Both the position numbers and the translations under genes were made by a program. From positions 8,246,001 to 8,310,000 of the forward strand of contig NC_087258.1 of NCBI RefSeq assembly GCF_037042905.1: a DNA stretch of 64,000 nt, in the 5' to 3' direction. The stretch comes from Lytechinus pictus (lineage: Eukaryota). The notes below the pieces were generated by a model, which saw only the letters and a list, made by a program, of their open reading frames with translations, was not told the DNA's origin and ran no database searches. Positions 61,563-64,000 of the stretch are shown here, in pieces; position 1 is the first letter of the stretch; each line of letters starts with the position of its first letter.

Positions 61563-63826
61563 ATGGGGAAATTGTATGAAATGGTGTCATCCCCATGTTT
61601 ACCTATCGTGTTGTGCACCTTCATGTGGTCTTGCTATCACGTCGGCATAATGAAGGTGATTGGGGTCTATCTTGAAGACATCAGCAATGATCTTGGAACA
61701 ACAGCCACAGATCTCGGCTTGGCGCTTGGACTCCTCACTTTATTTTGCAATTTTCCAAGTAAGAATACCCTACACGCTCTTAACCTTCCCTATTAACTAC
61801 ACCCCTTTTCATCTCAGATCATTTCGTTTTGTTTATTTCCATTTCCAACGCATACATTTCGTTTCGTGCAATTTGATATAGCAGATTATAAACAATGAAA
61901 TATATAACAAATTTCTACGTACCCTACACTCCCCCAAACCTTCCCGATTAACTAAATTCTCATTTCATTGATGTATTTGCCTTTATACAGTTTTCAATGA
62001 CATCCCTTAGTGTTTTATTTTTGTAATAATTAGTCGAAAGCTCGTGAGTATTTCAATTTATTTTACGTATGGACTTATTCGGGTAACATATTTCAATTGA
62101 CTTCAAACAAATCAAGGTATTTTATTTCACAAATATGATACGAAGCTGGATCAATACACACCCTAATTTCTTTAAGCGAGATAATGTTTAAAGATAACTA
62201 CATGTATATATATCTATATGCATGATAGACTAACATTGTGGTGTTTAATCCAGTCCCTTGTTCTTTTTTCCTTAATGACAATAGCATATTTAGGTTATAT
62301 AATTATGTTTTTTCCCAGGCTTATAGAACATTAATGCGTGTGAATATATATTGTTAGAAATCATGAATTCAAAATGATGTTAATCACAATATTAATCTGC
62401 TCTTTGAATTACAACCACCATTCACAAAGGGGACAGAAGACACATCCCCCAAACAAAGATGTTAATGAAATAAACAAATAAATAAACAAGGATTAGGAAG
62501 AAATAGCATGTCTTCCATACCTTTTGGAAATTTAATGAATTGGCTCGCAAAATAATTTGCAAAAGTAGATAACAATTGTTCTCTACTTCTTTCATGCGCG
62601 CTATTCTATCTCATGAAATCTTAGCCCAAAATTGCACCAAATAGCACCAAACAAACGTTTTGGAGAAAATACGATATTTTTCAGTTGGTCGCTCCACAAG
62701 CTAGTAAGAGCAAAAATGTTCTGACATCTACGTTACAAAGTGTTTGAAGACAGTGGCAGTGAACAGCGATATTAATTTTTTAAAATCATATCTAAACATG
62801 CGTAAATAGTTTCGGAGGCAATTTGCGTCCCCCGCATAACAAAACAAATTCAAAAAGCTGTATATAAAAGCGTATATAAAAATAGGTTTTCAGTTTCTCT
62901 ATAGGCCTATACTGCGTGAACGTAGACCTTCACAATCTTACTCAGGCGTTACACAGATACACATATTACAATGTCAATCCACCCCTTCGAATTCTCAAAG
63001 AAAGACCAATTGAAAAAAGGAGGTCAGATTTTCTTTTTTGTTTACATGTAGGTATGTCATCGCACTTTACTGAAATGAGCAAATCAACGTAGGCCTATAT
63101 ATGAAGGTCACATCTGCTCATGATGGCCAATCCCTCTAGCTTCATCAGAATATATTCAAATAGTTTTTTATACAATTAAATACAAAAGAACAAGTGGGGA
63201 TATGACATCATCAGCCCACTTAAGGAATATTCATGAAGACATGCCTGAATAATGCAAATATTCAAAATTCAATAGCTTTGTTTTGTTATCCGATTTTGAT
63301 CAACTTTTCAGCATTTTGCTCGATGAATATCATTATGGTTCGATCCCCAGCTTGCTATTTATGCCCTTTTTATTTATATCAATAAAAAATATGCAATATG
63401 CTTTCCTCCATAATAACAACTTTATGAAATTCCGTGGAAAATCGGCGGGGGAAGTGGGGCGTGGCGGATCTAGCCACTATGGACCCAATATCAGGGGTTA
63501 TATTGATTTTGCACAATAGGCAGTAGACAGCCCCTCAAAACTACTGTCTCATCCAATTGGACCCTTGCGGGGGCAGCTTTTGTTTGTCATCGTCATTCTT
63601 GTTTCTGTTAATATGATAACATCTACAACAACATTTTTGTTATCCGATTTCGCTGATTGTGTTGATTTGTGGTTCTTTCCAGCTGTCATAATAGCTGCCC
63701 TCTATCGACGTCGTTCTATCCGTCGGAAGCTTCTGATATGTGGGGCGTGCCTTCCTCCACTTGGGATGGCTTTGATTTCCATGGCAACCAGTAATCTTCA
63801 TATCGCCATCAGTCTATCGATAGCCG
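61563..63826 (+). CDS. Second SLC16/MCT-like MFS transporter, first two coding exons; continues beyond the window
   Basis: Exons 61563-61758 (MGKLYE...VGIMKVIGVYLEDISNDLGTTATDLGLALGLLTLFCNFP) and 63683-63826 (TVIIAALYRRRSIRRKLLICGACLPPLGMALIS...SLSIAG). Same phase-1 intron positions as the gene at 15940. The frame is also open upstream to a possible acceptor at 61508, so the start is uncertain. Confidence 0.8.
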
Positions 63827-64000
63827 GTAAATTATTCATAATACAAATATTGATGGTCCTAATAAACCCAGTGTAGCCACTTTAGCTCTTATGAACCATT
63901 TCCCATCGGCCCCTACATAACATACCTTGTTTCAAATTCATACGTAGGATGTCGAACAATCTAACAAGAAAGAAGGTCCCATTTCCTAATCCGTTGGAAT

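Overview
AT-rich, intron-containing animal genomic DNA. MSP130-family genes and the repeat families suggest an echinoderm, probably a sea urchin (inference). Host genes assembled by hand from GT-AG sites and phase continuity: the last exon of one beta-lactamase-domain serine hydrolase (591-776 +); a complete 4-exon SLC16/MCT-type MFS transporter (15940->9909 -); a complete 8-exon beta-lactamase-domain protein (24480-32576 +); a complete 11-exon MSP130-family protein with signal peptide and GPI-type tail (46238->35614 -); exons 7-11 only of a second MSP130 paralog (55848->51361 -); and the first two coding exons of a second MCT-like transporter (61563-63826 +). The rest is dense with mobile DNA. 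Highlights: (1) a 6.3-kb non-autonomous Polinton/Maverick-type element (3352-9681) with AGTAGT termini, ~760-bp TIRs, a 6-bp TSD and a C2H2 zinc-finger cargo gene; (2) a SINE whose head resembles the 7SL/Alu 5' domain, joined to a B box and a Deu/Nin-like core (58041-58226, second fragment at 30695); (3) a five-level nest of DNA transposons with TSDs at every level (17520-22252); (4) an apparent gene-conversion tract between the MSP130 paralogs. One 161-N gap lies at 23218-23378. All coordinates were read by eye and no database searches were run, so family names are pattern-based.
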